Source: Podarcis pityusensis
Taxonomy: Eukaryota
Direction: 5' to 3' (one strand)
NCBI GenBank assembly: GCA_964106645.2
Contig: OZ067039.1
Length of the DNA: 64,000 nucleotides
The translations under genes and the position numbers were made by a program. The notes beneath the pieces are model-generated. The model worked only from the letters and a program-made list of their open reading frames with translations, had not been told where the DNA came from and did no database searches. This document shows positions 14,220-27,106 of this stretch, piece after piece (within the stretch, counting starts at the first letter, position 1; each line of letters begins with the position of its first letter).

Positions 14220-14472
14220 CATGGGTAGGAAAACTAAGGCCTGGGGGCCGGATCCAGCCCAATCGCCTTCTAAATCCGGTCTGCGGATGGTCTGGGAATC
14301 AGCATGTTTTTACATGAGTAGAATGTGTCCTTTTATTTAAAATGTATCTCTGGGTTATTTGTGGGGCATAGGAATTCGTTCATTCCCACCCCCTTCAAAA
14401 TACAGTCCAGCCCCCCACAAGGTCTGAGGGAGAGTGGACCGGCCCCCTGCTGAAAAAGTTTGCTAACCCCTG
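14220..14472. mobile_element. hAT (Charlie-like) MITE
   Basis: CATGGGTAGGAAAACT ... AGTTTGCTAACCCCTG TIRs; 8-bp TSD ttctaaac / tcctaaac. Confidence 0.8.
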
Positions 14473-14707
14473 TCCTAAACACCCACCTCAAGGAAATCTA
14501 CACATAAAATAATTAAAAAACACGAAAACAACGAACAAGAAAACAAGATTTAAACCCTAGCAAGTGGGCATTTGTAATCAAAACCCATTTATCATCTGGG
14601 AAAGCCTGTTGGAACAAAAATGTCTTCAACTCTTTCTAAAAAGTGCAGATTATGGGCCCTTGTCATAGCTCAACAGGAATGATGCTCCACTGATGTGGAA
14701 GTTGTGC

Positions 14708-15306
14708 AGGGGTGTCTTACCCATAGACGTTAGTGGCGCGGGGCACCAGATTTTGGAGGGCGCCACAGGCTGAGTATCCGGGAAGGAGAGTCAGGGCATG
14801 CTCCCTTCCCCACTCTGGGGCAGCCCGCCCCTCTCCTCTCAGCCACCCATTGGGGTGCACTGAATCCGGCTCAGGGAAGCCCCTTTGCCCCCCCCCCGGG
14901 CTGTCTGGATGCCTGACGGGTGCGATCGGGGACGGGCACGGGGGGGGCCCGTCTCTGGTCTCGTCACTGCCTGCGTGCCTCCCTGCAGAGTCTGCGAGCG
15001 GAGCAGGGACGCGCCCTGTGTGATCCTGGCACTGAGCGAAGATGGCACAGCCAGCAACCACCTGATCTGCTTGCTGGCCCTCCTGTGGCGCAGACTTCCC
15101 CAGACGGGGGTAGGTAAGGGGCTCCGGGCACTTAGAGGGAGGCTTCGCAGGAAGCCATCTGGGCTACGATCCAGGCACCTCTTACTTAAACAAGCCGGAC
15201 TGAAGTCCCCCCCCCCCACTTAAAAAAGGTCAACAACTCTGGGAAACGGGGGGGGGGGGCAGAGAGATATTTGCACCATGGCACTGGATATGCTTAAGAT
15301 GGCCCT
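14708..15306. mobile_element. GC-rich non-autonomous DNA transposon
   Basis: Imperfect TIRs AGGGGTGTCTTA / TAAGATGGCCCT; abrupt GC/CpG-rich interior relative to flanks. Confidence 0.5.
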
Positions 15307-15311
15307 CAAGT

Positions 15312-15349
<38 letters not shown>
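15312..15349. repeat. (TG)n microsatellite
   Basis: Direct sequence. Confidence 0.95.
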
Positions 15350-15729
15350 CGCAGGGGTGGGGTAGGGCTGATCCAGTTCTGTTCGCTGCACCAGCCTGGA
15401 ATTGGCACAGCAAAAACTGCAGACTTTTAACGTCCCCCTCTCTCACTGGAAACAGTGTTGGGGCTCCAGACACAGCAGTTTTGCAGCAGCTGTTCTAAGT
15501 CTTGTTGCTGCCTGCTTGGGATTAGGACTGCACCATTACTCCCAGTTCACAAATCAAACAATGAAGTAAAATAGCATCTGTAAGAATGAAACTATTTGTC
15601 ACACACGAGATCAACAGAAACAAAAGCAAATAACGTAATTTTTTTCCTATAGAATGCCAACGAGGTTTCCCCTATGCTTCTGAATGCAAAGCATTCTATA
15701 CCATATAAAGTATGTGAAGAGACAAAAAA

Positions 15730-15776
15730 GTTGTTGTTGTTGTTGTTGTTGTTACTACTACTACTACTACTACTAC
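15730..15776. repeat. Compound (GTT)n(ACT)n microsatellite
   Basis: Direct sequence. Confidence 0.9.
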
Positions 15777-17710
15777 AATGTTGTGTTTGTGGTTTGGTTT
15801 TCTCTCATTTCTCCAGCCACTAAAGGTAGAGGGGAATTTCCTCCCTTCAAATGGTGACAATAAAATGATTACCCGGGCCTCAGTTTAGCATAATGGTTCA
15901 GAAATGCTCATAGCATATTGCAGACTTAAAGTGGAAATTATTAGGTAGCTGTTCTTTGTTATAATAATGATCACTCCACAAATAAAAGCTCTTCTCCCAA
16001 AGGTACTGCAAGGCACAAAATGCTAATTCTGAAGATTATGTGCTCGCTTTTATTAAATATTACTATGCCCTGTTCTGTTTGAGGGCTTCACTGCTCTGAT
16101 TGTTTTATGAGTGCCATGTTAATGTCATCCCCATCTCGCTAGCAGCAGGCACACATTTTAGCTTTTGCAGGAGAATTGATCAAAGGCCACGTGCTGTGGG
16201 AATTGCTGAGAAAACACGGACAAGCGGTAAAAATCTAACTGATTAATTGGTTTAAATTTCATTTCAGGGTGTTGAACTTTGGCTTGGGACTCTAATACTA
16301 CACTAAGAGTCAGGGCCTAATTACCAGATTTCCAATTTGCCTCAGCACAATGGCGCAGACAGAGGAAAATGAATACTAAAAATAATTATAATGGGGAGGG
16401 GGGAACCTTTTCTGCTCTGCACTTATTTAACCGCTAATGCTCTGTGTGGGCAAACAGTTTTACTGGGGAAGCCTCCAGCAGCGCCTGCTGGGCCACCAGG
16501 GTATCTAATCACACAAATAAATTAAGAAGCTAGTGGCAGCGTCAAAGATTCTGATTTGCCAGATCGAAGGGACAGTGATGCACATGCCCACCAACACGCA
16601 GTGGCCCCATCACCCCCATTCATTAGTAGCTAGAATTCATATAAGCAATGTGCCTGGCTTCCACTCTCAAAGAGAAACAATCTATTACATTGATAAAACA
16701 CACATACACACAGGGAGCGGAATACTGTGCTTACTTTGGAGTTTATGGGTGGGCCTTGAGAATAAGGGTTAATTGAACTCAGAAGTTCAGGCTTACTGAG
16801 GCGAATTAGTGCCATGTACAGCTATCAGCAAGGTCCTGCCGTTGGTCTTGTAATCTATTTGTGCTGTGATTAATACACAGTCCGTGCTGGACTCAGGAAG
16901 AAAGACCCAACCCCTAGCCCTCTTCTCTAATATTCATCATGAAACATTGGCTTAGCTTCCATATTCCATAAGGGGAGGCTCCAGCAACGATAGACATCGT
17001 CAGAATTGAGCTATGAGCATATATGCATTTGATAACGTCTGAAAAGTGCAAATGCAATCTAACTGCACAGAATCAGTTCAACGAATTAAAGCAAGACGCA
17101 GCCGAGAAGCAACATCTTTAAAATGTAAAGCAACAATTACGGGAGAGACAAACAATTCTGATTAAATAAATTTGGACTGGGTTTAAAATGGTCCTAGGGG
17201 AAAATATTTGTCCAAAGATCTTCAAGCAAACCAATTAACAGACTACATCAAACAGTCCTTAGAGCAATGGAAATGGAAATTCACAATCAGGTTAGCTCTC
17301 TGTACAACTGGGCCTCAGGGCTTAATACAGCCTATAGTCAATATAGTATTGAGTCTACAGTGATTATCCTTGAGAAGGGTGGCTAGATGCTATGGCAATA
17401 GAACCAAGGGCTCACTCACCCAGTTTTGAAGATCAAGTTCTCTTGTTGCCTAGCCACCCGTCCATTCCTACTGCACTCACAAAAAAATCTCTTTAAAATA
17501 AAGTTCATGCAGCTAGGTTCCTGTCCCCTGTGCAAGAACAACGGTTCACATCCCACAGGAACAAAAAGACAGCATATTCCAGTAATGCTAAATAAGCATG
17601 AGGGCTGCACTTTCAGCAAAACACTAAACACTTTGAGAGGTCAAAACAAATACATAAAACAAAGCTGTTTTAAATCAAATCAAGTCATTGGTCCATCAAG
17701 ATTAATACTA

Positions 17711-17951
17711 TAGTGGTACCTCGGTTTATGAACTTAATCTGTTCTGGAAGTCTGTTCTTAAATCAAATCCGTTCTTAAACCAAGGCACGCTTTCCCTAAT
17801 GAGGCCTCCCGCCGCCGCTGCCCTTCCACCATTCGGCTTCCGTTCATAGACTGAGGTAAAGTTCTCAAACCGGGACACTACTTCCGGTTTTGTGGAGTTT
17901 GTAAACCGAATCATTCATAAACAGGACTGTTCTTAAACCGAGGTACCACTG
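17711..17951. mobile_element. Tc1/mariner (Tigger-like) MITE
   Basis: TA-(T)AGTGGTACCTCGGTTTA ... TAAACCGAGGTACCACTG-TA; TA target duplication. Confidence 0.88.
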
Positions 17952-18099
17952 TATATATCCTAACTGTCTGCAACTTTCTAGGACTCCTGGTATTGCCTAG
18001 TTGTAGCCCTGGGATTCTTCCTCTAAATCTCCCAGAATGTGTAACTCTCCTTGAAAATAATTGTGATTTATATATACATCATCATCATCATCATCATGA

Positions 18100-18470
18100 T
18101 TGGATGAGAAATTCAATTTAATTTAAATCAAATTTAAATCTGAGTCTATCACATTCCAAAATATGTGAATCAAAACACAGCTATCCTTTTAAATTCATAT
18201 TTATCCAAATTTAGCAATGTAGTTCTCCAACAAAACAAGGTTTACAAAAATCCATATATTCGGGCAAATCACTTGCAAAAGTGTGTACATTAGTCAAAAT
18301 GGCATATAAAAATGTGTTTATTAGGAGAAATTTGTACTAAAATGCTGATGAATTTCTATGAAGAAAGAAAGAAAAAAATCAATCATTAATTGCTGCAAAA
18401 TGTAGAGAATGGAAATTAAGATTGGAAAAATTAGAAACTGAGAGAACTGAAGTTGACAGTTCTTTTCAAC
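18100..18470. repeat. Old interspersed repeat (relative of 6310-6690, opposite orientation)
   Basis: Shared blocks in reverse complement; boundaries approximate. Confidence 0.4.
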
Positions 18471-20386
18471 CCTTATAATAGCAATAATAGTGGGGTGTTT
18501 CCCCCAGGTGGCCCAATGAGGTCACCTTTATCTCTGCTTCATTTTCTAGTTTCTAGTCATTGCTAATATTATATTCATGTGAAAACCCACTCCTAATGAA
18601 TCAAGTAAGCAGAATGCTGCTTAGATGTGAAATATGACATTTTAGAGAAACGTACCTCAAAGTGGTAACTTTTTTTTCTAAATAGTGTGAAAATAAATTA
18701 TATGGCTTTACTGTAGAATTTTATTTGTCCATTTATGGTCGTCAATTTAACTGCCAAATAATATTTTTTTAAGTTCTGTATTTGTAAACAGCACAAGGGG
18801 GGAAACTGCTTTGTGTCATCCCCTAGTTAAGTGCTTAAATATATACTTATTGATTTTGTTTTCGTCTTCAGCCAGTCACTATGCCTAGAAGAAACAAGGG
18901 CAGAGATTTTGTAACAGTGCTTCTGCTTGACACTTACTGAGGCACAGAGTATCATTTGCTGTATTTTGAAGAAGGTATGCTATGTGCAGATACCATGGGA
19001 GCCTAAAATGGTAACAGTGCAGGACTGGCTGTTGATTGATGCTGGAGACCACGTGTCCTTGCAGACAAACAGGGGTGTGCTGCCGCCCTTATGTCCTGCA
19101 AGAGATGTTTCATTAGATGGGCCTGATCCAGCAGGAATTTTCTTATGTTCTGGTGGTAAACTTCCAACTGGCTGGCCAGAAGTTTGGCTGTTGCTTGCTT
19201 TCATTTAGTCTAGCAAAAGACCCTTCAATATTTCTGAAACATTTTTTGGGTGTGGGGGGAAGAAGAGATAGCAAGCTCAAATTCATTTCACCCTGAAGTC
19301 ACAGACTGTGGAAGAGCTTGAGTTCAGCTGCCCTCTTAACCCAGTTCCAACAAAAATTATCCTTTTGTGGCAAACAGGGATGGGAATCTGGTATTCTTGT
19401 TGTTGCTGAGCTACAGTTCCCCTCCTGGTGGACACAAAAGTCCACCTATATCTGGAGGGCCACAAGCTTTCTATCTCTGCCTTAAAGGAATGTGAGGAGG
19501 GGACTTGAGGAGGTGCATCCTTGAAGCACAGTTCTTTCCTTTCCCTTGTCCTGAGGGTTCAAAAATGGAATTCTTTCCTATCACCCACACAGCTAAAAGT
19601 TGGTTACATATATACTCCAAGGAACCCCAATTACTAGACTTCTGAAAATGGGAAAGTTGTGTACTTCTCCCTCTTAAAAGAAAAAGCAAACTGAAAGGGT
19701 TGCATTCAACGCATCAGTGTAGAGTTCCACTTCTTCTCCGCCCACAAAAAAGTCTGCTTTAGAAGACACCCCCCTCAATCTTCTGGAGCGGATTTTGAGG
19801 GGACAGGGGAGGGAGTTCTGTTGTGCACGCAGAAGTCTGTTACATGAGCAGAGCCAGAGTATCCTCAAATAATTAAGGCCTTTCTGCATTTTCCACAAAG
19901 TTGACAGTTGGTATACATGTAGTATGAGACATCCCTATTTCTACAGGAATGTGAGAACATGTTTTTACTAGAGGTTTGCCAAAATGGGATTTTAAACTTC
20001 ATTTTTTAAACTTTCATATGTGGTTGAAAAGCACCTCCATTTTTCAGGATGCCTTCACGTGCCTCTTCAACAATTTGTCCTTTCCACTCCACCCAACAAA
20101 GCCCAGGGCATTAAAAGGAACTGTGAAAAAGACCTCACTGTGTTGAAGACCCCCAGGAGCCTGTCCCTGAGGCACAGATCAGGGAAACTCATCACACTGG
20201 AAAGCAAAATAGCTTGTGTAATGCAGGAGGTTCTGAAGTTCCCACCTGCCTGAACTAAAATGTAAGCAGAGACACTTTACATACTCTCTGTAAGCTTAGA
20301 GAAACCCAGGGAGCATATGAAGATTTAATGCCCAAACCTTTGTTTGGTTTGATTGAAGAATACACTCACTTCGCACATACACATTT

Positions 20387-20645
20387 TGTTGTTGTTGTTT
20401 AGTCATCTTAGTCGTGTTCGACTCTCCGTGACCCCATGAACCAGAGCATGCCTTGGAAACTCTCACTTTCTTCTCAAAGCTTCTCCTTTTTAATGTCCAT
20501 GGAGTTTTCTTGGCAAAATACTGGAGTGGGTTGCCAGTTCCTTCTCCAGGTGGATCACGTTTAGTCTAAACTCTCGGCTATGACCTGTCTGTCTTGAGTT
20601 TCTTGGAGTTATTCAAGCCCCTTCACCATGACAAGGCAGTGATCC
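20387..20645 (-). mobile_element. Short BovB-derived element (internally deleted, Bov-A-like)
   Basis: (TTG)n tail and tagtcgtgttcgactc..gtgaccccatg.accagagca are the reverse complement of the BovB 3' end at 24830-24887; joined to ccatggagttttcttggcaaaatactggagtgggttgccagttccttctcc, a BovB 5'-region/Bov-A motif. Confidence 0.7.
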
Positions 20646-22185
20646 ACACATGTCTCTTAGCATTTCTCCATTGGGTTAGCCTCCTAATATGCAATACAGT
20701 ACTATGCAGTGCTTTTCTTCTAAGGAAAAGAGGTGGCGGGACTGTGTACTCTGCAGAAAAACAACAGCACTAGTCCTATTGCAGAATGTATTCAGAAGTT
20801 CCACTGAAATTGGTTATATTTACTCCCAGGTATTACAGCCTAACTGATCTAAATACTAATGTGGCATTAATATATACTCCACTTATCTTCTTGAGAAACC
20901 GTATCTTCTTGAGAAATACTGCTGTTTGATGCATTTCCACTCAAACCAGCTTCCATCTGATTTGAAAATGCAAGCCACTTTCACTTCAGTTAAGCTGAGG
21001 TGTGTCCATTTGAGACAGCTGTTGTGCACATATAGATGGCAGCTTCCAGGAATAGGGGAGGAGGGAGATTTGCAGCCATGGGGAATCCAAACAGGTAATG
21101 TGCATTGGACAAAGACATTCCCACCCCCACTTCCTCTGGTGTGCACAGCAACGTGCAAATGAAACTGGAAACACAGTAGAAAAAGCGAACTCACTGCACG
21201 TTCAGCTGCTAATGTGTACATAGCCCAATATGGACTATAATTCTGCAGAGCAATTAAAAGGCGAACTTTGCGCTACTTATTCCCTACCAGTTCTACTAGA
21301 GTCAATGGAACCACTGCAGAAGAGGAAAACTTTTAATGGATTTCCTATTATTATGCTAGTAATTATGCTTAAATTACTGTTTTAAATTATGTCCATTACT
21401 TATAAAGACAAGACCTAGGGAGAAATCCTCACAGGGGGTCTAGGTTATGGGGAGAGGGGGACTGTGAACTGTTGGTGAAAGGGAGAAAGAAAAGCAAGAG
21501 AAGTAGAAGGCAAGAGAGGCAAAAGGAAATACAGCTTAAATACCCAATAAAACATTTTGCTGCAAGTCTGTAATTTAATTGTTTAATTGTTTACTGAGCT
21601 GGGACAAAGACAGCGAGTGCTTAAGCACTATGGGGGATCCAAAGCCTTTGTCTGTAGACAGATGATTACTGGGATCAGAGATGTGGAGACCACTTCGTTC
21701 CACTGTAGAAAAGCTTCAGTGGAATCTGCCAGAATGTCTGGACAGGATCCAGAATGCAGGAGGTCTTTCCTGGACTGTGAAACAGAGGCTGCAACAGCTA
21801 TTTGCCCCCACTGTCAGAGGCAGAAGTCCTTCTGAATACCTGGTGCTAGAAACCACTGGAGGAAAGTGCTCTTGTGCCCAGGTTCTGCTTGTGGGTTTAC
21901 CACAGTGATCTGGTTGGCCACTGTTAGTCCAACAGGATGCTGGACTAGATGGGTCATTGGCAAGACCCAGCAGGCTCTCCTTATCCTTATAAATCAGGAT
22001 GGGATTTACTGACCTGCACAATGTGCACAAACACTCTCAGCATCTGTAGTGTTAGTGATAGAGACATGCACTTGGTCACATTACTTCAGTGGTCAAAGTG
22101 GGATGCTTTAATAAAATCTATTGGATGGGGTGGGTGAGTGGGATGCTTTTGAAGAGGACTTAAAACCAGTCTACTTATTTTAAAG

Positions 22186-22290
22186 CAGGAATGAGGAAAC
22201 CTGGCCGTTCAGATGTTGTTGGACTAAAGCTCTGACCATCTGGGACTGATGGGATTTTGAATTCAACAGCATCTGGATGGCCAAATGTAC
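22186..22290. mobile_element. Degenerate hAT-type MITE
   Basis: cagatgttgttggact...caacagcatctgga palindrome shared with the 13213/30570 family. Confidence 0.5.
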
Positions 22291-24199
22291 CCAGTTCCCT
22301 TTATTAAATGGATTTTAAACTCTTCTGGGATGCTACATAGATAAACAGTCACTTGACCCAAGCCAGAGCTCTTTGGGGAACTGAGGCAGGCAGATCCTGA
22401 AGATCCAAACCTGGGAGAAGCCCTGGAAGAAGAGAAAACCCTAAGCACTGGAAAAGCCATGGGGAAATAGAAAATTGTCTATCCAGATGCATGACTGCTT
22501 CTGCCATACATTCTTCTTGCCTCTCCCAGCTTCACAAACACATCTGGCCTGGCCAAGGCTGGAAGATGGAAATGGTGCCTATTCCATTGAAAATAAATGG
22601 CATCCCAGCCTACCCTACCCTGAGAACCCCAGGTTTTGACCTCATTTACAGTAACTCTATTCATTTCATGGTAATGATTGATAACAGATTGTAATTATTT
22701 AAAGTATGAATGTACTAATTCAAGCTTGTTAGTAAATTGTTTACGCAGTTATAAATATGGTGAATAGACCGCAGGCTAAATTGAATGTGGCCTAATTTCA
22801 AATGAAACTATCCCACTTCCTCACTCGCCCCACACTGCGTGTTGTGTTAGGCATATTTTCAAAATCATGCTAATGAAATTACATCAGCTGCACAGAGGTT
22901 TTGCATCAGCACTGCAGGAAGAACTGAAACGGAAGTCTATAGGTTAGAACTCCAAACCTTAGACAAGTGTAAAATGGCCAATAAATAAAACTATATAAAT
23001 AAGGAATCATTAATTATTTACAGTTGATTGCTACACTTGTTGTAATCAAGAAATATACTTGCTCTCATACCGTGACAACATTTATCAATTCTCCTACTTT
23101 TGGATAAATTCTGCTTTTTTGGACACTGCAGGAAGATAATAGTCAAATTAAAGAAACCCTTAAAAAATGAGGAAATTGTTGGGAAACAACAGACTGTAAT
23201 TTGGTTTCTACAAATAAAAACTCACGATGTCCTTGTGCTCTTATTCTTGTTTTGATTTCTTTTCTAAAAAAAGAGGATATCATTTAATGCAATTTTCCAG
23301 AGCCTGGGAATCATAAAATCAAACATGAACAAGTCTACTGGAAAATCTGTGACGTTAATCTTGGCCTACGTTGTATTTTTAACAAGCACTGAATTTGTGT
23401 GCTGGATAATCCAGATGGCCATAGAGGAATCATCTTGATAGGATTAAGCCTTTGTGGTGAACTCTGCTCCATCTGTTCTCAGAGGTTTGCCTCTGCCTGT
23501 CGGAATATAAATTTGCAGCCTCTGTGTGTCTTGCAGCATAAGTAACAGTGGCGCTTTGCAAATACACACACACACATGCATGCGTGCGCACACACACAAA
23601 CCCTTGAGCGCTTATTAGTAATGTGCAATAAAGGTAGCTTGGAGTTTACTGCCAAAGAAACATATTGGATTTATTATTCATCTGAAGAACAAAGTGTGCA
23701 GTACCTAAATTTGAACAAAAAAGGATGTTTGTTGTTGTTCAGGGACTTGTTCAATTCATTAAACCATAATACTACCATAAATTCACAGATGAAGGTATGA
23801 CTGCACATGAAGCAGGGAGATGCTTAATCTTTGAAAACTATTATACGTTGCTAGAATGCAGGATACAGTTTTGCTTTGACACGCTGACTGTTAAATATTC
23901 CAAATCTGTAAAACCCAAACAGCAATGGTTGCAGTTATTTCTGTCTCAACCCAGCTACAGATCAGGGTGGGGAAAGATGATTGGAATAACACAGAAAAGG
24001 AACCTGGGTCTGTACTTTCTGGTTCTGTCATGATCTATCTATTGACACCACTGGCTTCTTGCACCGATGGCTGCTGCCTTCCATATGCAGCAAGGATAAA
24101 TGTTCTAGTGCTGTGCCAAAATCTGTCCTCCAATGCAAAATAAAGCTTCCATTTCTCCTGGCTCTTCCACAGGGCACTTTGGAGTTTCTTAAGAATTCT

Positions 24200-24403
24200 G
24201 GTGTGATTTCCAGTGAAGTCATCTTGTTAGCACAAGGACTTCCACCTGCGCAATGTGACTTTGTCTTTGCCCCTACATCCCCAAATCTGTTTTTGAGGCT
24301 GGGGCAGACTCAGGGTGGGCACAGGAAGAGGAGAGGGAGAGGAAGTCCCATTGCACAGGCAGAAGTCCCTGCGCTAATGGGATGACTCCACTGGATACAA
24401 CCC
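24200..24403. mobile_element. Fold-back MITE (long imperfect inverted repeats)
   Basis: tccagtgaagtcatcttgttagcacaaggacttccacctgcgcaatg pairs with cattgcacaggcagaagtccctgcgctaatgggatgactccactgga. Confidence 0.6.
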
Positions 24404-24468
24404 TAGGCATAAAGAAAGTCAAGCTTTCTGTATTGCTTTTATGGTTGTGGGTGGCTACTCTTTCCATT

Positions 24469-24887
24469 GGAAGTGAGAGCTGGACCATAAAGAAGGCTGA
24501 TCGCCAAAGAATTGATGCTTTTGAATTATGGTGCTGGAGGAGACTCTTGAGAGTCCCATGGACTGCAAGAAGATCAAACCTATCCATTCTGAAGGAAATC
24601 AGCCCTGAGTGCTCACTGGAAGGACAGATCCTGAAGCTGAGCCTCCAGTACTTGGGCCACCTCATGAGAAGAGAAGACTCCCTGGAAAAGACCCTGATGT
24701 TGGGAAAGGTGGAGGGCACAAGGAGAAGGGGACGACAGAGGACGAGATGGTTGGGCAGTGTTCTCGAAGCTACCAGCATGAGTCTGACCAAACTGCGGGA
24801 GGCAGTGGAAGACAGGAGTGCCTGGCGTGCTCTGGTCCATGGGGTCACAAAGAGTTGGACACGACTAAATGACTGAACAACAACAAC
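24469..24887 (+). mobile_element. BovB (RTE-clade) LINE, 5'-truncated 3' end
   Basis: Encodes GSESWTIKKADRQRIDAFELWCWRRLLRVPWTARRSNLSIL...WRALVHGVTKSWTRLND; (CAA)n tail; perfect 12-bp TSD actctttccatt (24457-24468 / 24888-24899). Confidence 0.95.
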
Positions 24888-25667
24888 ACTCTTTCCATTA
24901 AACATTTTTTCCATCACTCTGCAGCCTCCCTGGTTGCTTGCACTTCCTAATTTAGAAAAAAATGAGGTAAGAGTTACCCCATGATGTCTTGCCCTGAGCT
25001 ATGTGAAGTAAAGGAAGACAGGGAGGCTGCCTACCAAACACCAGAAATCCGGGCACTCACTTATTTTGGTTTTAAAGGAAGCATTCTCTGCATTCATTTC
25101 TTTTAAAGTAAGAAAAACTCTTCACCTTTTTTTTTTTCCGAAAAAAGGAAAGAAATAAAGCTGTGAGGTCCACAGCAAGACCCCTTCTCATGCTTACAGA
25201 AAAGCCCAGCTGATGACATGAGGATATGGGCACTGAGAAAGTCTGCAGAATTACTGAAATTATAAAACGAAAGAAAAGGCACCCACAAACACAGCTTGAC
25301 CACCCTGAAAGGAAGGCAGCTGCAACAAAAACCATGTACCTTACCTATGAGAATTTTAATACACAAACACAAAACTTCCCTTTGATAATTTTCAAATAAA
25401 ATGTATTTTCCAAGTAAGTGATGGTTAATGGTGTGCAGGGGAAAATGTGGGAAAATTTTTCATATATTCAATGTCCACAATGATTAAAAAAAAACCTTGA
25501 AAGGTTTTGAGCCAATGCAGAGACATACTATGGTGAAATGTCACATAATTCCAGAATCTGTTCCCAAAGACGCATGTAGGAGATCTGACTATTCTTTAAA
25601 ATAATAGTCCTGGTTTGCAATTTCAGTGCAGCCTTGATATTCTAAGTCATATTTCTGAAAGTTTATA

Positions 25668-25857
25668 CAGTAGAGTTGCAACTTACGCACGTTGAACTTG
25701 CGCACATTCAGCTTTATGCGCTGGGCTGCTTAAAAAAATAATAATGGGGTGGAAAGGGAGGAGGCTTTGGCAATTCCACCTGCCACTGAAACCAACTTTG
25801 GCTTTATGTACTATCCCTAGAACACCCCCCCCCCCACCTAAATTGCAGGTCTGGTGT
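25668..25857. mobile_element. Degenerate Tc1/mariner-type MITE
   Basis: TA-CAGTAGAGTTGCAACTTA ... TAAATTGCAGGTCTGGTG-TA imperfect TIRs. Confidence 0.4.
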
Positions 25858-26052
25858 AAAAGGTTTAAGGCAAATGAATCATTATTTCATAGCCTGTTCT
25901 AATAATTAGTATCTATTTCAGAGTCTATTCCAGAACTTGGTGAACACAGGAAATGTTAATGCACAAGTCCAAACAGAGGATAACTTTTGCTGCTGCTGAT
26001 AATCCTCCTCTGTCTCCTAGCCATAGCATTAGTTCATTAAAAAATGGTGTAT

Positions 26053-26283
26053 TGGAACCAGCGTGGTATAGCAGATAGAGTGCTGGACAAGGACCCGGAA
26101 GACCAGTGTTCAAATCTCCACTCAGTCATGAAGCGCACTTGGTAACCTTGGGCCAGCTGCTCATGCTCAGCCTCACAAACCTCACAGGGTTGTTGTATGA
26201 ATAAAATGGGGGAAACAAGATCTATGTATGCCACCCTGAGCTCACTGGAGGAAAGGTGCAATATAAATGTCATAAACAAACAA
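26053..26283 (+). mobile_element. tRNA-derived SINE
   Basis: A-box-like gtggtatagcagatag, B-box-like gttcaaatctc, core/tail ending in A-rich aataT/aaac repeats. Confidence 0.7.
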
Positions 26284-26646
26284 ATATTGTAAATAGGTTC
26301 TTCTGTGAAACTTAACTGATAAAATAAATATATATGGCTTCAACGCATCATATAACTGAACCAAATACCCAATAGTCAGATGTATCCTTGATCCTATTTT
26401 GGTCAGACCCTGGGAATTACATGGGGACATAGGAACATGCCTTATCAGACCATAGGTTCATCTAGCACAGTGCTTTCTACACTGAACGACAGCAGATCTC
26501 CAGGGTTTCCGAAAGAGATCTCGCCAAGCCCTATTGAACCTGGAACCTTCTGCATGCAAATTAGATGCTCTGCCGCTGAGCTAGAGCTTAGGAACAGGAA
26601 AAATGTTCAAAACTTGCAGTATTTAAAATGGACCAATAGAATGGCC

Positions 26647-26974
26647 CAGGGCGGATTTACTATGAAATTAATGAAACTTAAGCGTCAGGGCCCCAATCCC
26701 AGAGAGGCTCCAGAAGTGACTTTAGTTCACATTTTTTCATTTTTTGGGGGGGGTCTATTAGACCCAATTTGAGCCACATGAATCAAAAACTGTAAGGCAT
26801 AGGAAAATTTTATTCACACCAGCAACTTTGACATATGAGATAATCCAGTACAGCAATTTAAATCAAAATCTGAGATGTAATTTTTTTAAAAAATATGGTG
26901 ATCTGTCGTGGAACAATCCCATTGAAGAAGATAACAAACCTCATTACTGGTTGCAAAGGGGTCCCCATAACAGT

Positions 26975-27023
<49 letters not shown>

Positions 27024-27106
27024 TATTATTATTTATTGAATTTATATACCGCCCTATACCCGGAGGCTTCAAGCTTCAGGGCCCCCAAAATGTACTTCCG
27101 CCACTG
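26647..27106. mobile_element. hAT-type non-autonomous DNA transposon containing a (TTA)n tract (26978-27033)
   Basis: CAGGGCGGA ... TCCGCCACTG ends; 8-bp near-TSD gaatggcc / gaatgacg. Confidence 0.65.

Noticed and set aside
14717-15223. Cluster of overlapping GC-rich ORFs
   Set aside because: Stop-codon scarcity in a GC-rich transposon interior; no coding signature.
24273-24917. 214-aa minus-strand ORF
   Set aside because: Antisense shadow of the BovB ORF.
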